Origin: an uncultured virus (IMG/VR IMGVR_UViG_3300025133_000070)
Taxonomy: Duplodnaviria > Heunggongvirae > Uroviricota > Caudoviricetes
Virus record (IMG/VR): IMGVR_UViG_3300025133_000070
Direction: 5' to 3' (one strand)
DNA: 64,000 bases
A program made the translations under genes and the position numbers. Below, piece by piece: positions 36,438-47,580 of this stretch (positions are counted from its first letter, which is position 1; every line of letters starts with the position of its first letter). Under the pieces are notes generated by a model. That model worked only from the letters and a program-made list of their open reading frames with translations. It had not been told where the DNA came from and did not search any database.

Positions 36438-39400
36438 TTAATGGAAGTGTAATCTCCACTTAATAGTTAGGTCTGAATAGTTTAACGATCCTGCATTAGT
36501 ACCGCTATCTTCTATGTAACCTAAGTTCTTTGTTAAATGTTTCGTAGCAAATAGTTTATATTTCCTAGGATTATTTAGGGGTCCAAACGAATAAGGAGGA
36601 GTATTTCCTGCCTTAATTGATTCGTCCATATCAATTGTCCATAACCCCATGTTATATATGCCCCCATACAGGTTAGAATATCCCACATCTCCTGAGCCTA
36701 CTATCATTGAATATTCAACTGTTCCTGAATTAGTAGCATCTATTCCTCCTGATACATGGAGTCCTCCTTCTCCCTGTTGTTCTGCAACTGTGGGAGAAAG
36801 TCCTGATACAGCCTGATATGGGGTGGAAGAAATTCCATAGCTTGTAGGATGTACTTCTGCTTGCGGAGCCCACATATAAAGCTTCTTTCCATTTGTTTCG
36901 TCTGTGATATTCTCACGGCTTCCACCTGTACCCGCTGTGTCTCCTAGATACCAATAGCAAGTAAGTCTATCACCTATGGCCGTATCAGAGTGTAGATTAT
37001 TTCCATCCACCCTATTAATAAATCTATACCAATCATTACCCACATCTTCAATGGTTAAAATAGAGTTAGCATCTGCATTTTTTACAGTAGGAACAACTCC
37101 ATCATCAGCATACTCAATAGTATGCTGATAACCTACAGTCGTGTCTGGGGGACCTGTTGCATCAACATCTTTTATCTTAATAATCATAGATGAAGTATAC
37201 CCTTCCGCTAAGGTTCCTCCACGCTTAACATACATACTTTGATAATAAGAATTGCCAGCAGATACTAAGAAATTAGGAGTAACCGTATAATCATTCTCAG
37301 GGTTCTGAGCTAACGCTAAAGCGTACACTACATCAGATCCACCAGATTCTGGATCTATTCCAGCACTTACTACCATAGAAGACGGACCCCCAAAAGGGTT
37401 CGTAACATCCACAGCCGACCAGCCGCCCATCATATTAGCATTACAAGTCCAAGTTCCGTTAAAATCTCCATCATCAGGATCAACATCAGGATCATCTGTC
37501 CAATACACGGTATATGCGAACATATTAGGATTAGGCACATTACCAACCACTTGTTTAGGATCATAAACCTTTCCAACAAACCCAGAAGCATCCATAGAAC
37601 TTGCTTCATTTACGATACTATTGTAGGTTCCAGAAACAAAGTTTGGATCAGTTCCGTTATCAACATGCAAGTAAGCAGCAGAGTTGTCTAAAGAACTCAC
37701 AAGAGCCCAATTAGATCCTCCTGTACTAGAACCTTCTGGGTAACATCCAAGATAATAACCTTGAGGACCTAAAGAACCTATTCCACTCAGTTGGGCAGCA
37801 GTATAGTTACCATAAGCTGCAATCCAATCGTATTGATCCTGTCCATTTGTCACATTGTTGGTCAAACAATTAAAGAATTTAGGCTCTTGATCTCCTTGTT
37901 CTCTATATGGAATAACATTTAAGTTCTGTCCCATATTAAATCCACTAACAACAGAACACGAAGTATCAAATAAAGCAGTATCTCCATCCTCTACTCTAGT
38001 ACTCTCAGGGTTGGGAGGACTTGAAAGATAATTAATGGGAGTATAAGAAGAAGTTAGTAAATTATCTTCTGCATAGGTTGGAACATTTCCTGACACAGCC
38101 CTATATTTGGTAGGAGGAGTTCCCAAGGTCTCATTAGTGGTTCCAGGCCTTTGAGTACGATATCCAATAGGCCACTGTTCAACTTGGGGAGCAAACAACC
38201 ACAAACTCTCGTCTGAACTCTCCTGATCATAATAATCTCCAAGATAGAATCTTACATGACACATATCTCCCTCTACCGTATTATCATTACCAGCAGCCTC
38301 TGCTCTTCCCAAACCACTTACACAATTTGAAATTCTATACCAATCATTTCCTACATCTTCGATAAAACCAGTAGATCCACTGTTTTGTCCCCCAATAGTA
38401 GGAATACCGCTCCCCGCCCCAGCCGCAGTTAAATATACAAATGTAACACTATTAGTTTGGTCATCAGGTTCTTGGATATCGTGAACCATCATTACAAAAG
38501 ATGAAGGAGTTAGGGCTCCTGAGTCAGGTCTTTTTACATATGTACTAAAGATTGTATTATATCCATGTTTTAGATAAATACCCCGATCTCCTGTTGATCC
38601 TCCACCAGCTTCAATAGCAGATACCTCTTTTGCTGCTAGATAAGTGTAGGCTCCCGCCCCAGTAGACCCACTCAAAGCTATTGAGGACGCTCCTCCAAAT
38701 GGATCGGTTTCTGTAATACCAGAAAAGCCTCCAATCGGGGTGTTTATTCCATACCAATAAATACCATCTAGATCTCCTGCCCCCAACCCTGGACTATTCC
38801 AAGGATCATCGGTATAGAAAAGTAAGTTAGGATTGGGTATGGGTTCGTTTAATACTCTAACTGTTCCATTATCCTCTACGGCTCCTGGGCTATGATCTCG
38901 ATTTAGTACGCTGCCTGACACATCCCAGTTATTAAATTGATAATTCTGATTATTGAATTGAAGCTCTGTGGGCCACCTTCCTAGTTCAAGTTGCCAACCA
39001 TATGTATACATCCCTCCTTCAGTAATTCCTACGGGATCTGACATGAACGATGTGGGGTACATATAAAATGAAATCGCACTTAGACCAGAAACAGGAGCCA
39101 ATCCTGCTGTCCAGACTCTATACCAACCATCTCCCTCATAACTAGCTCCCCCATTCTGTCGCCAGTTTTCAATAGAATATCCATATGCGGATGATCTATA
39201 CTCGTTGGTGTCTTCCCCTACAAGATTATATTGTAAAACCATCGAACTAGGAGTAGTATAATTGGGAGTAGTATCCGTAGCGTACTCTACCGTAGTACCG
39301 AGTCTAGAATACCCTAATTGTCCATATCCATAACTTCCATTCCAACCCTCCCCTCTAAGATTATAACTAAAATGTATTCTTGGGTGGCGAATAGTTAAAT

Positions 39401-39959
39401 CGGGAGTTGTCCCATCAGGGACAGGCAAAACAGCAGCCTCATCAATAGGGTATTTTACATATACAGAAGCGCAAATCCAGTTATCTTGTCCACCACTCAG
39501 AGTCCAATCATATTGATTAGTCTGAGTGTAAGATAAGTACCCATTAGCATCATCATCCTCTTCAATTATAGCCACAACATGAGCCGTAGAAGAGGGAATA
39601 TCAGCATATTTAGGAGGGGGAGTTATTTCAGGAACTGAAGAAACAGTAGCATAGTTTGCATACCAATTATCATCAGCAATATCAGTAGCAGAAGGAGTAG
39701 AAAAAGTAATAAGATTCCTTCTACTATTCATAGCATGAGCATTATACTGATAAGCAGAAGCGTCCTTACCAAACGAGATAGCTTGGATAGTATAGTTAGA
39801 AGAGTCTAGAATAGAGGAGGTAGCATGATCTGCAATACCAGATAAGGACGGAGAGACTGTCATAATGTCAGCTAATAGTTCTCCTGCCCCATTCACAAGA
39901 AGGTTACTTTCCTTGTGAAGAAGTTTGTCTCCGTCCCAAATTTCTACTTCTCCTCTCAT
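36438..39959 (-). CDS. Baseplate-associated protein with three inserted carbohydrate-binding-like jelly-roll modules
   Basis: Termini resemble the 35833 protein; three N(L/M)..(Y/F)T...S.YVK...WYR...Q.E modules. Confidence 0.6.
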   Translation of the reverse strand: MRGEVEIWDGDKLLHKESNLLVNGAGELLADIMTVSPSLSGIADHATSSILDSSNYTIQAISFGKDASAYQYNAHAMNSRRNLITFSTPSATDIADDNWYANYATVSSVPEITPPPKYADIPSSTAHVVAIIEEDDDANGYLSYTQTNQYDWTLSGGQDNWICASVYVKYPIDEAAVLPVPDGTTPDLTIRHPRIHFSYNLRGEGWNGSYGYGQLGYSRLGTTVEYATDTTPNYTTPSSMVLQYNLVGEDTNEYRSSAYGYSIENWRQNGGASYEGDGWYRVWTAGLAPVSGLSAISFYMYPTSFMSDPVGITEGGMYTYGWQLELGRWPTELQFNNQNYQFNNWDVSGSVLNRDHSPGAVEDNGTVRVLNEPIPNPNLLFYTDDPWNSPGLGAGDLDGIYWYGINTPIGGFSGITETDPFGGASSIALSGSTGAGAYTYLAAKEVSAIEAGGGSTGDRGIYLKHGYNTIFSTYVKRPDSGALTPSSFVMMVHDIQEPDDQTNSVTFVYLTAAGAGSGIPTIGGQNSGSTGFIEDVGNDWYRISNCVSGLGRAEAAGNDNTVEGDMCHVRFYLGDYYDQESSDESLWLFAPQVEQWPIGYRTQRPGTTNETLGTPPTKYRAVSGNVPTYAEDNLLTSSYTPINYLSSPPNPESTRVEDGDTALFDTSCSVVSGFNMGQNLNVIPYREQGDQEPKFFNCLTNNVTNGQDQYDWIAAYGNYTAAQLSGIGSLGPQGYYLGCYPEGSSTGGSNWALVSSLDNSAAYLHVDNGTDPNFVSGTYNSIVNEASSMDASGFVGKVYDPKQVVGNVPNPNMFAYTVYWTDDPDVDPDDGDFNGTWTCNANMMGGWSAVDVTNPFGGPSSMVVSAGIDPESGGSDVVYALALAQNPENDYTVTPNFLVSAGNSYYQSMYVKRGGTLAEGYTSSMIIKIKDVDATGPPDTTVGYQHTIEYADDGVVPTVKNADANSILTIEDVGNDWYRFINRVDGNNLHSDTAIGDRLTCYWYLGDTAGTGGSRENITDETNGKKLYMWAPQAEVHPTSYGISSTPYQAVSGLSPTVAEQQGEGGLHVSGGIDATNSGTVEYSMIVGSGDVGYSNLYGGIYNMGLWTIDMDESIKAGNTPPYSFGPLNNPRKYKLFATKHLTKNLGYIEDSGTNAGSLNYSDLTIKWRLHFH

Positions 39960-42900
39960 CAGTTGTCTATCTCCACGCTTGAAAAACTATAATAGTTTGG
40001 TTGTTGGTTGTTTGCATTCGTAGCACCCCAAGTTGGGCTTAGTCTATAATTCAATCTACTACCACCACTTACTTCCATAGTGCCTGATGTAATTGTAGCA
40101 TCTCTAGAAGCGAGGTTGGTAGCATACATCCCTGTACCTAGTCCCGCCAATCCATTATAGAACTTTAAAACATCCCTAAGTTGATCTTTATCTAGGTAAA
40201 GTTTATCTTCTGTTACAAAAGGTCTTAGAGGAATACCACTAGTGTCAACTCCATGACCTGTTCCGATACCAGTATTCTCTCTCTGGGTTACATCCTGAAG
40301 TTCAATAGAGTCTATCAAGAGGTACTTGTCTGGATTATTGTTAGGAACAAAGAAGACTTCCACAATGTAATTCGTGTCATCCCTATTCACTTGTGGAGTA
40401 ACCTCATAAACATCATTCTCCATTGGAATAATATCAAGATATTCAGAGTTATTATGGATAGTAAAGTTTCTAGTATCAAATTCTATTTCAAAGTTTTCGA
40501 AATAGCTATCCTTAATATTTAGAAGAGTATTATTATTTAGAACTTCAGAAGAGTCTGAAGTATTACCTAAACAGAACTCCTCCTCTGTAGGATAAGTCTT
40601 AACTGGGAAATCATACAGATGGGCTAGAGATTTCTTAACTGCTGGTAGAGATAAATCCCCTTCCTTTGTAACTTCCCACTTTCCGTTTGGAGTCCAGGAC
40701 CACATATATCCTGGTGGGTTTTCTGGTTCTACAATCTCAGGAACAAACTTAAACGGGGTTGGACCCATATTGGTTCCTTGTTTATATTGTTCAAGCTGTG
40801 GCCCATAGAATCTCATTTTCTTTCCTTGGATGTTTGTGTGGTATCCTTTTTTATCCATATACCAAACAAAACCCATTTGGTCTCCCGCCAAAGTGTATGA
40901 GGGATCCACATCAGAAGATTTCAGTCTACCCCACAGTCTCCACCACCCATCTCCTGCATACTGTTCCCCTGATTCTATCGCAGTATTTTGTCCAGGCATA
41001 TTGTAGTCATCGTTACTGCCATTGCCATATCTTTGAGGAACCCCATTAGCATCAAAATACCACCCCCAATAGTTAGAAGCTGCGGTAGGATCAGCATCTT
41101 CGTCATAAAAATTAAAAGTTACCCCACTCGTCCCATCCGTCATATCCCGCTTAATATACATGGATGCTACCCACTCGGTAGTTTTGTCAGGATCAATTGC
41201 TGCGCTAAGATTATTAGACCCTAGGAAGGTGTGTGTACCTGTGTCAGTAGTCATGAATTCCATCTCTATCCCAGATGTACCTGAAGCATAATTCCAATAC
41301 TTAGTAGCGAACTCTGGTGGACGATCATCTACTTGAACCCCAGTTCCCCCACCATTTAATTGGGCTGGATTACTTCTAATTCTAGCTCGTCCGTCATTTC
41401 CTGCCTGACCAGTATTTTTGGCTCCACGGTAATAATTGGTCCACATAAACTTGTTTTGGGAATATGGAGCCTTAGTATGAATCCATACACCTAGCTTGCC
41501 CCCTCCCAATATAGGAGAGTTTTCTTCAGCAACTAAAGACTTTACATTAAGTTTAAACTTGTGATCTTTAATAAATTGGTTGGGCCTATCCCCATACGAG
41601 GATAGATCAAATCTTAGTCTAGGCAATCCTCCAAGAGACTTACACTTAATGACACTGTTGTTAATTAAGAAATTCTCCATTCCAGGCACCGCATTAGAAG
41701 AATCTAATTTAAATACAGTAAACTGGTTAGCGTTAGGTGCCCCCGAAGTTTGGACAAACTCAATACCACTTAAAATATTTGCATTTCTAAACTCTGCATT
41801 GTAAGGAGCCCCTTCATAATAAATACAAGTATTTAAAGATGTGTCCCTGGAACTATTAGCAGAAACCGAAGTGTAAGTACCTGATAACGGAACCACTCCT
41901 TGACCTGGATATTCAGCGATATAAGTACCAGAAGCAGGGAGGTCAGCAGTCTTGTCACTATATGCTGCTACAGCACAAGTACTGAATACTCCTGATCCGT
42001 TAGTATTGGAGATTGGGACAACATTTGTACGGACACTGGAGGCTATGTAATTACCCCCTATAGTAGAAGCAGCATACCCAGTTAGATCAAAATCACAATT
42101 GTAGAGACCTTTACCAAACACTTGGGCAAAGATATTGCCTCCAGTCTTGTCAATCTCGTTCAAACCTAAAGGATGTTTAGCAAAATACTTACAATAGTCT
42201 CGATGAGCTTTCTGGAGTCCAGTACCGAAGCTAAAGTTCTCGTAGTCTGCAAAAGAGTTTAGAACAAAGCCACTAGCAATAGCTTCGTTAGCAAAGCTTT
42301 GTCTATTGTTCTTCCAATAAGCATCAGCAGCATAAGAACTAGAAGTTAAATTAATCTGTTCGTTAGCGTAATCATAAGCCTTAGATTCAAGAAGCTCATG
42401 CATGGTGTTATATAACTCAGGAACCTGACCTCTATCTACATACCTGTCTGTAGTAGAACCCACTTCTGGCATCTTGTTATTTGACCCAAGAGAACTTAAT
42501 CCCCTATAAGGATAAGTTGCGCTAGTATAAACTCCAGAGAATTGACGAGAAGAATCAAGCTTCTCACACTCATGCCAAACCCCTGATGGGTTGATGGGGT
42601 CAAGTATAGGATAGAACTCTCCTGCTGAAGGGACATACCCTAAAGTATTTTCTCCTCTGTCTATAACAGTAGGCACAGCCCCCTCCACAGCTTGATATGC
42701 AGTGGGACTAGTTTTATAACCTGTTCTCCATTGTTCTAATTGTGGGCCATAAATCCATAATCTGGTACTAGCAAGATCCTCATAATGTCCTACATATCCG
42801 TCGATATCTCCCATAATAATAAAATTGGATTCTAAATCTCCTTCTATAGTGTCCCCATCCAACTTCCCAAGACCAGCACAAGCAATACTACACCTGTACC

Positions 42901-45900
42901 AAGCATTGCCGACATCTTCTATTGTTCCAGTTACATTTGTGGATTCTAATTTAATAGTTGGAACTTGCCCCCCACCTAAGTACTCAAAGTCTACACCATT
43001 ACTTTCCAGGCCTGGGGAAGCAGGGTCGAATAGATTTAGGTCAAAGGATGAGGGAGTTAAGCCTGTGGGAGGTCTTTTTACATATAAACTCAGAGTTAAG
43101 GTATCACTTGATCTCCAAACTTTTTCACGAAATGGGCTTCCTGCTACTCCATAAGGACCCCCTGTTATGGCCGAAGTTTCCTGAGCGTATATATATGAAT
43201 AACCTCCCCAATCAGCGGGGTCTGTGCTTTCTTGAGAACTTACCTCTATAGCAGAAGTTCCTGCAAAGGGGCCGATCTCGTCAATAGCAGAAACACTCCC
43301 TAATCGGGCACCCCTCCAATAATTTCCAAGAAAAGCACCCGCTGCTTGATCTATATTTGGACTTTCCATAGGAGCGGAAGTATAGGAAAGTAAGTTTGGA
43401 TTCTGAGCTTCTAAATCCCAATTCACAGGAGAATTGAATCCAGTCCTATCGTAGTATCCTTCTTTCGGAAGAGTATATCTAAAGTTTCTTCTTCTTAAAG
43501 CTCGTCTAGGAACACCTTCACGCATTCCCGTTCCATCCTGCGGGTCATAATTGGCATCAGTTGTGGTTAAAATAGTTGATTCAAGGGAATCCGTTATTCT
43601 ATCAACATCTGCTCGTTTAAAAGTATTCAGTCCCCCTCTTCCATTAAAGTTTCCTGGACCTACAGCACCCATAGCTGCTCCACTAATCTCAAAGTTTCCT
43701 AGCACAGAGGCAGAAGTATATCCTGCTCTTGTATCATCTTTATCAAAGCCCAAGTATTCCCACTTAGCACTTGAGGTGGAGAGGGCATCCTCTGCACTAG
43801 CAGTTAGATTTACTCTAGTAATAGCATGAGCAGGAGAGAACTCTCTTGCTACTCTAGCTGCTTCATACAAAGCATACTTTCCGTCACCCTCTAAAGTAGT
43901 TTTAGCAAAATCAAAATCAGTATCTTTAAAGTTAATGAATAGATGAGAAGACTTTCCGTTCCACAAGTCCAGCAGATTCTTCTCATAGTCTGAGATACTA
44001 AGCATTACATCATCAAAGTTCGACGGAACTTGCACCGAACTAAATAGCATTAAGAACTCATTTAAAGTTCCTAGATCTGAGTCGTCTGTAACCGCACTGC
44101 TAAGGATATAATTACCTACCTCATCAGCAAAGCTCTCCTTTACTTTAAAACACTTAAGCCTAGCTACTAACAAGCTGACCAAATCAGCAGTAACAGTAGA
44201 GTCTCTATAGTATTTTATTTCTTCAAATGGGGGAAGTGGGTAGTTTTCTTTCTCTCTATAAGAGAATAAGAAATTAAGATCTCCTTGAGGCTTAAGGTAG
44301 GTTGGTCTTTCCCCTGTGGTTGGATGATCTGCTCCAGCCATATACACACCTGAACCTAACGCACCAAATCCTGTCGCAGCCTCAAAGGCTTTACTTTCGT
44401 CAAATTGTTTCGCTTCTTGTTTGTAAGCTTGGTATCCAAGACTGTCTACTGAATGAACATGAAAGGGTTTCATCCCTGGCTCATTAACAACGGTGTATCG
44501 TTTTGTTGTACATCCATTAGCATCAAGTTCCCACAATTCAGGTACAGAAAACTTGTTTCCATGAAACAAAAAGTTATCAGGAAAAGCTTTATATAAATCT
44601 AAAAGAATACTGTCTGTAACAATTTTAAGATTTTCATCTAAGCTACTGGTACTATAGGCGTAGATTCCTGCTTGATTAGCTAAATCAAAGGTCCATGTAT
44701 TCAAGTCTTTAAATAAGGGGGACTCTGTGCCTAAAGCGTACCAGATTAATTGAGGAATATATGACTCCCAAAGTTCATCCACCTTACCAGAGACATCAAA
44801 AACAGAATCAACAATTAGCGCATTAATAGCAGCTTGAATAGCATCTATCGTTCCTGATTTCTTATAGAGATCTAAAGCCAAGCGAAGTTGTTGTCTCCAC
44901 TTTGAAGGAGAATTACCACGAAGTCTAAACCCAATAAGGTCTGCTATGTATTGAATATGCTCATCTTTAACATTTTCAATATCATAAATTAAACCAATGT
45001 TGTCAATTTCATTAGTAAGATCAGCAAACTCATACCCCAACAGATTAGTAAACTTTCTAAAAGGTCCTTTAGCTGTTCGATCAGTTAAAGATAAAGAAGC
45101 ATCAATAAAATTATCAAAAGCACTTTTAACTGTATAGTCCTGTTGATCAATATAGAGGGGAGAGTAGATTACATCTACTAAAGTTTGAAGAGCTTCAAGC
45201 TTCTGGGTTCCACTGGTATAAGTTGGAATAACCCCAGCACTAGACTCAGTGATACCATCTGCTGTTCCAGAAACAAAATCAGTAGGAATATATGAACCGA
45301 AAGAACAGGTTTCGTTATTTCTCCACAGGTATTCTGTTAATCCTTTAATACCGTCAATAGTCTCTAACGTATTTCCTAGATATAAAGAATTTAAAGAGCT
45401 AAGAACATAACTCGATGGAGAATAATCTAACCCTCCATCGGCAGATGTATTTAAGAAATACATCCATCCTAAAGTATCTACTAAATGATTATGAACACTA
45501 CTAGCATTTACATCCCCTGTTAGTGCTGAAAGCGTTGTCATATTCGCCTGAAGCGGATCCACCTGAGTAAGACTCGGAGGTATAATCATGGGAAGAAGTG
45601 TCCCAGACAAATAGGTGGCGAACTCTGCGCTAGTATCGTAGTTTGCGAAAGTAGTGCTTAAAGGCAAAAGAATCTTGCTTTCAAACAAGAAGGGATTAAT
45701 CTTAGTTAACTCATTTTGTTTAACAAAGTACTGGGATATTCCACTGATATTCCCTAAAGCACTTGTTTGGCTATTAGCCACTCCCGATAGAGGTATAACA
45801 TTAGAAATTCGGGACGCAACATTAAGGTGGGAATTAATAACCTGAGAAAGGGGGTTTACCTCGGTTCCACTTAATGATAAATCTTCCGTCTTATACACCT

Positions 45901-45982
45901 CGGGGGTGATAAGTTCTACTAGATCTACAAAGTTAGTCTTGTAGTATTTTCTAGGATTTGGTGTGTACTTGCTATCGCCCAT
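39959..45982 (-). CDS. Large baseplate wedge protein (gp7 / P2 gpI-like) with two jelly-roll insertions
   Basis: Follows gp6; YDIENV...IQYIADLIG...WRQQLR..LDLYKKSGT..AI is the gpI/gp7-type motif. Confidence 0.7.
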   Translation of the reverse strand: MGDSKYTPNPRKYYKTNFVDLVELITPEVYKTEDLSLSGTEVNPLSQVINSHLNVASRISNVIPLSGVANSQTSALGNISGISQYFVKQNELTKINPFLFESKILLPLSTTFANYDTSAEFATYLSGTLLPMIIPPSLTQVDPLQANMTTLSALTGDVNASSVHNHLVDTLGWMYFLNTSADGGLDYSPSSYVLSSLNSLYLGNTLETIDGIKGLTEYLWRNNETCSFGSYIPTDFVSGTADGITESSAGVIPTYTSGTQKLEALQTLVDVIYSPLYIDQQDYTVKSAFDNFIDASLSLTDRTAKGPFRKFTNLLGYEFADLTNEIDNIGLIYDIENVKDEHIQYIADLIGFRLRGNSPSKWRQQLRLALDLYKKSGTIDAIQAAINALIVDSVFDVSGKVDELWESYIPQLIWYALGTESPLFKDLNTWTFDLANQAGIYAYSTSSLDENLKIVTDSILLDLYKAFPDNFLFHGNKFSVPELWELDANGCTTKRYTVVNEPGMKPFHVHSVDSLGYQAYKQEAKQFDESKAFEAATGFGALGSGVYMAGADHPTTGERPTYLKPQGDLNFLFSYREKENYPLPPFEEIKYYRDSTVTADLVSLLVARLKCFKVKESFADEVGNYILSSAVTDDSDLGTLNEFLMLFSSVQVPSNFDDVMLSISDYEKNLLDLWNGKSSHLFINFKDTDFDFAKTTLEGDGKYALYEAARVAREFSPAHAITRVNLTASAEDALSTSSAKWEYLGFDKDDTRAGYTSASVLGNFEISGAAMGAVGPGNFNGRGGLNTFKRADVDRITDSLESTILTTTDANYDPQDGTGMREGVPRRALRRRNFRYTLPKEGYYDRTGFNSPVNWDLEAQNPNLLSYTSAPMESPNIDQAAGAFLGNYWRGARLGSVSAIDEIGPFAGTSAIEVSSQESTDPADWGGYSYIYAQETSAITGGPYGVAGSPFREKVWRSSDTLTLSLYVKRPPTGLTPSSFDLNLFDPASPGLESNGVDFEYLGGGQVPTIKLESTNVTGTIEDVGNAWYRCSIACAGLGKLDGDTIEGDLESNFIIMGDIDGYVGHYEDLASTRLWIYGPQLEQWRTGYKTSPTAYQAVEGAVPTVIDRGENTLGYVPSAGEFYPILDPINPSGVWHECEKLDSSRQFSGVYTSATYPYRGLSSLGSNNKMPEVGSTTDRYVDRGQVPELYNTMHELLESKAYDYANEQINLTSSSYAADAYWKNNRQSFANEAIASGFVLNSFADYENFSFGTGLQKAHRDYCKYFAKHPLGLNEIDKTGGNIFAQVFGKGLYNCDFDLTGYAASTIGGNYIASSVRTNVVPISNTNGSGVFSTCAVAAYSDKTADLPASGTYIAEYPGQGVVPLSGTYTSVSANSSRDTSLNTCIYYEGAPYNAEFRNANILSGIEFVQTSGAPNANQFTVFKLDSSNAVPGMENFLINNSVIKCKSLGGLPRLRFDLSSYGDRPNQFIKDHKFKLNVKSLVAEENSPILGGGKLGVWIHTKAPYSQNKFMWTNYYRGAKNTGQAGNDGRARIRSNPAQLNGGGTGVQVDDRPPEFATKYWNYASGTSGIEMEFMTTDTGTHTFLGSNNLSAAIDPDKTTEWVASMYIKRDMTDGTSGVTFNFYDEDADPTAASNYWGWYFDANGVPQRYGNGSNDDYNMPGQNTAIESGEQYAGDGWWRLWGRLKSSDVDPSYTLAGDQMGFVWYMDKKGYHTNIQGKKMRFYGPQLEQYKQGTNMGPTPFKFVPEIVEPENPPGYMWSWTPNGKWEVTKEGDLSLPAVKKSLAHLYDFPVKTYPTEEEFCLGNTSDSSEVLNNNTLLNIKDSYFENFEIEFDTRNFTIHNNSEYLDIIPMENDVYEVTPQVNRDDTNYIVEVFFVPNNNPDKYLLIDSIELQDVTQRENTGIGTGHGVDTSGIPLRPFVTEDKLYLDKDQLRDVLKFYNGLAGLGTGMYATNLASRDATITSGTMEVSGGSRLNYRLSPTWGATNANNQQPNYYSFSSVEIDN

Positions 45983-47580
45983 TAGTCTAGTAATTCTACA
46001 TTAATTGTTAAGTTATTCAACTGAACAATTTCATTAAAATCAATTGAGATATCTTGTTCAATGTTATCTATAGTTGAGTATCGAACTTCATCAACCTCAA
46101 AGATTTGTCTGTTCATTTGAGCCACATTAAAATCTTCTCCGAACTCTTTATTATCTACATTCATATATGTTAGGATCTTATCTCTAACTCTCGCTTTAAT
46201 TTGATCCTGGTTTTCTTCCTCTTCTCTATCAATCCGAATTGTGGTAACTAAATCTAAAGTTCTAATAAGCCCATCAACAATAACCACATCGTCTGTTGCC
46301 ATCTTCTTCTTGTTAATAGCAGTTAGTAATTGAGTTTTAAAGTTTGTCGTAGCTCGTTGTAATTGAAAATCAGAAGCTTTTTCAAGAACATAAATATCAA
46401 CTACATTAGCAGAAGAATAAGCTTGTCGAGTAGCTGCTGTAGCCTTACCAATTGTACCAAAGGTGCTAATAAACGTATTAGCGAACACAGAATAATCCTC
46501 TAAAGTAACTAAACGATCCTGCCTTCTAAAATTTAGTGGAGCATATCGTTTAGCATGGTCTAAAGTCTCGGCATTTGAGCCTCCTGTACCTTTAGAAGTA
46601 TTTGTTATATTTACAGAAATAGCACCGTCAAGAGTCCCAGCAAGAGTATTATCAATAGTATTCTTTCCTATGTTCCCTCGGGTTCCTCCCCCCACTCTAT
46701 AAAAGACATAATAATTAGAGGTGTCATCTGGAGAAACCCCTACACTGCCGTCCCCGAAAACTATGGTCGCTTTGTAATCATCGTCGTAAACTACTTCAAA
46801 AATCTTATCAGAAGATCCAGAAGCGAAAAACACATTAGGTACTTCAACAAAGGCTCCGTTCTTGGTCGCATTAGGCCCATCAGTATAAACCTGAACGCTT
46901 CCCTCTACAACAGGACTTTGTGTAAGTTTAATAGTTTTAACACCTTCAGTGGCTGCGAAACTTCCTGTATCTTTTACTAATGTACCTTCTTGTAAAACTA
47001 CATTTTCAAATATTTTATTATCAGCATCAATAGTTTCACTAAAATAAAGTTCAACATTACCAGTACTATTAACTGTATCAACAAGCCCATTAACAACTTT
47101 ATATAATGTATAAGTTAAAATTCCTCCATCTTCAGGAGAGACAGTTTCAATTATTCTATTTTGTGCGCCAATAGTTAAAACTCTCTTCGGGGCTCCAACG
47201 GTTAGTGCTGTCGGAGAAGTAATCTTCGCATCAGTCGCAGCAGAAAGAGGACCCTTCATACGAATTCCAATTAACTGCAATAGCTTCTTAACGCTAGGTC
47301 GTTGTGTTGCAGTGGCTAGAAAGTTCTCATTAGCAAGCATATCAGCCTTCATAGACATAACAGATCCCATGTAGGCTACAAGCTCTAAGAACATCATTCC
47401 TAAATCAGATTCTACAAAATACTTATAATCTCTAGGATAAACTGCCTTAGCATAATCAATTAGAGAATTACGAAGAGTAAGAAAATCAGTAGCAGCAAAG
47501 TTAATAAGAGAAGGTCTCTTTACTACAGGGACTTCTGCTAACTTCATAAAGTCCGATGCAATGGTTCCAGAAAAGTTCAT
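45982..47580 (-). CDS. gp6: Baseplate wedge subunit (T4 gp6 / gpJ-like)
   Basis: DF..LRNSLIDY, LELVAY, ENFLATA, FGDG..G, YRVGGG..GN, GG...E, QDRLVTLEDY. Confidence 0.93.
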   Translation of the reverse strand: MNFSGTIASDFMKLAEVPVVKRPSLINFAATDFLTLRNSLIDYAKAVYPRDYKYFVESDLGMMFLELVAYMGSVMSMKADMLANENFLATATQRPSVKKLLQLIGIRMKGPLSAATDAKITSPTALTVGAPKRVLTIGAQNRIIETVSPEDGGILTYTLYKVVNGLVDTVNSTGNVELYFSETIDADNKIFENVVLQEGTLVKDTGSFAATEGVKTIKLTQSPVVEGSVQVYTDGPNATKNGAFVEVPNVFFASGSSDKIFEVVYDDDYKATIVFGDGSVGVSPDDTSNYYVFYRVGGGTRGNIGKNTIDNTLAGTLDGAISVNITNTSKGTGGSNAETLDHAKRYAPLNFRRQDRLVTLEDYSVFANTFISTFGTIGKATAATRQAYSSANVVDIYVLEKASDFQLQRATTNFKTQLLTAINKKKMATDDVVIVDGLIRTLDLVTTIRIDREEEENQDQIKARVRDKILTYMNVDNKEFGEDFNVAQMNRQIFEVDEVRYSTIDNIEQDISIDFNEIVQLNNLTINVELLD

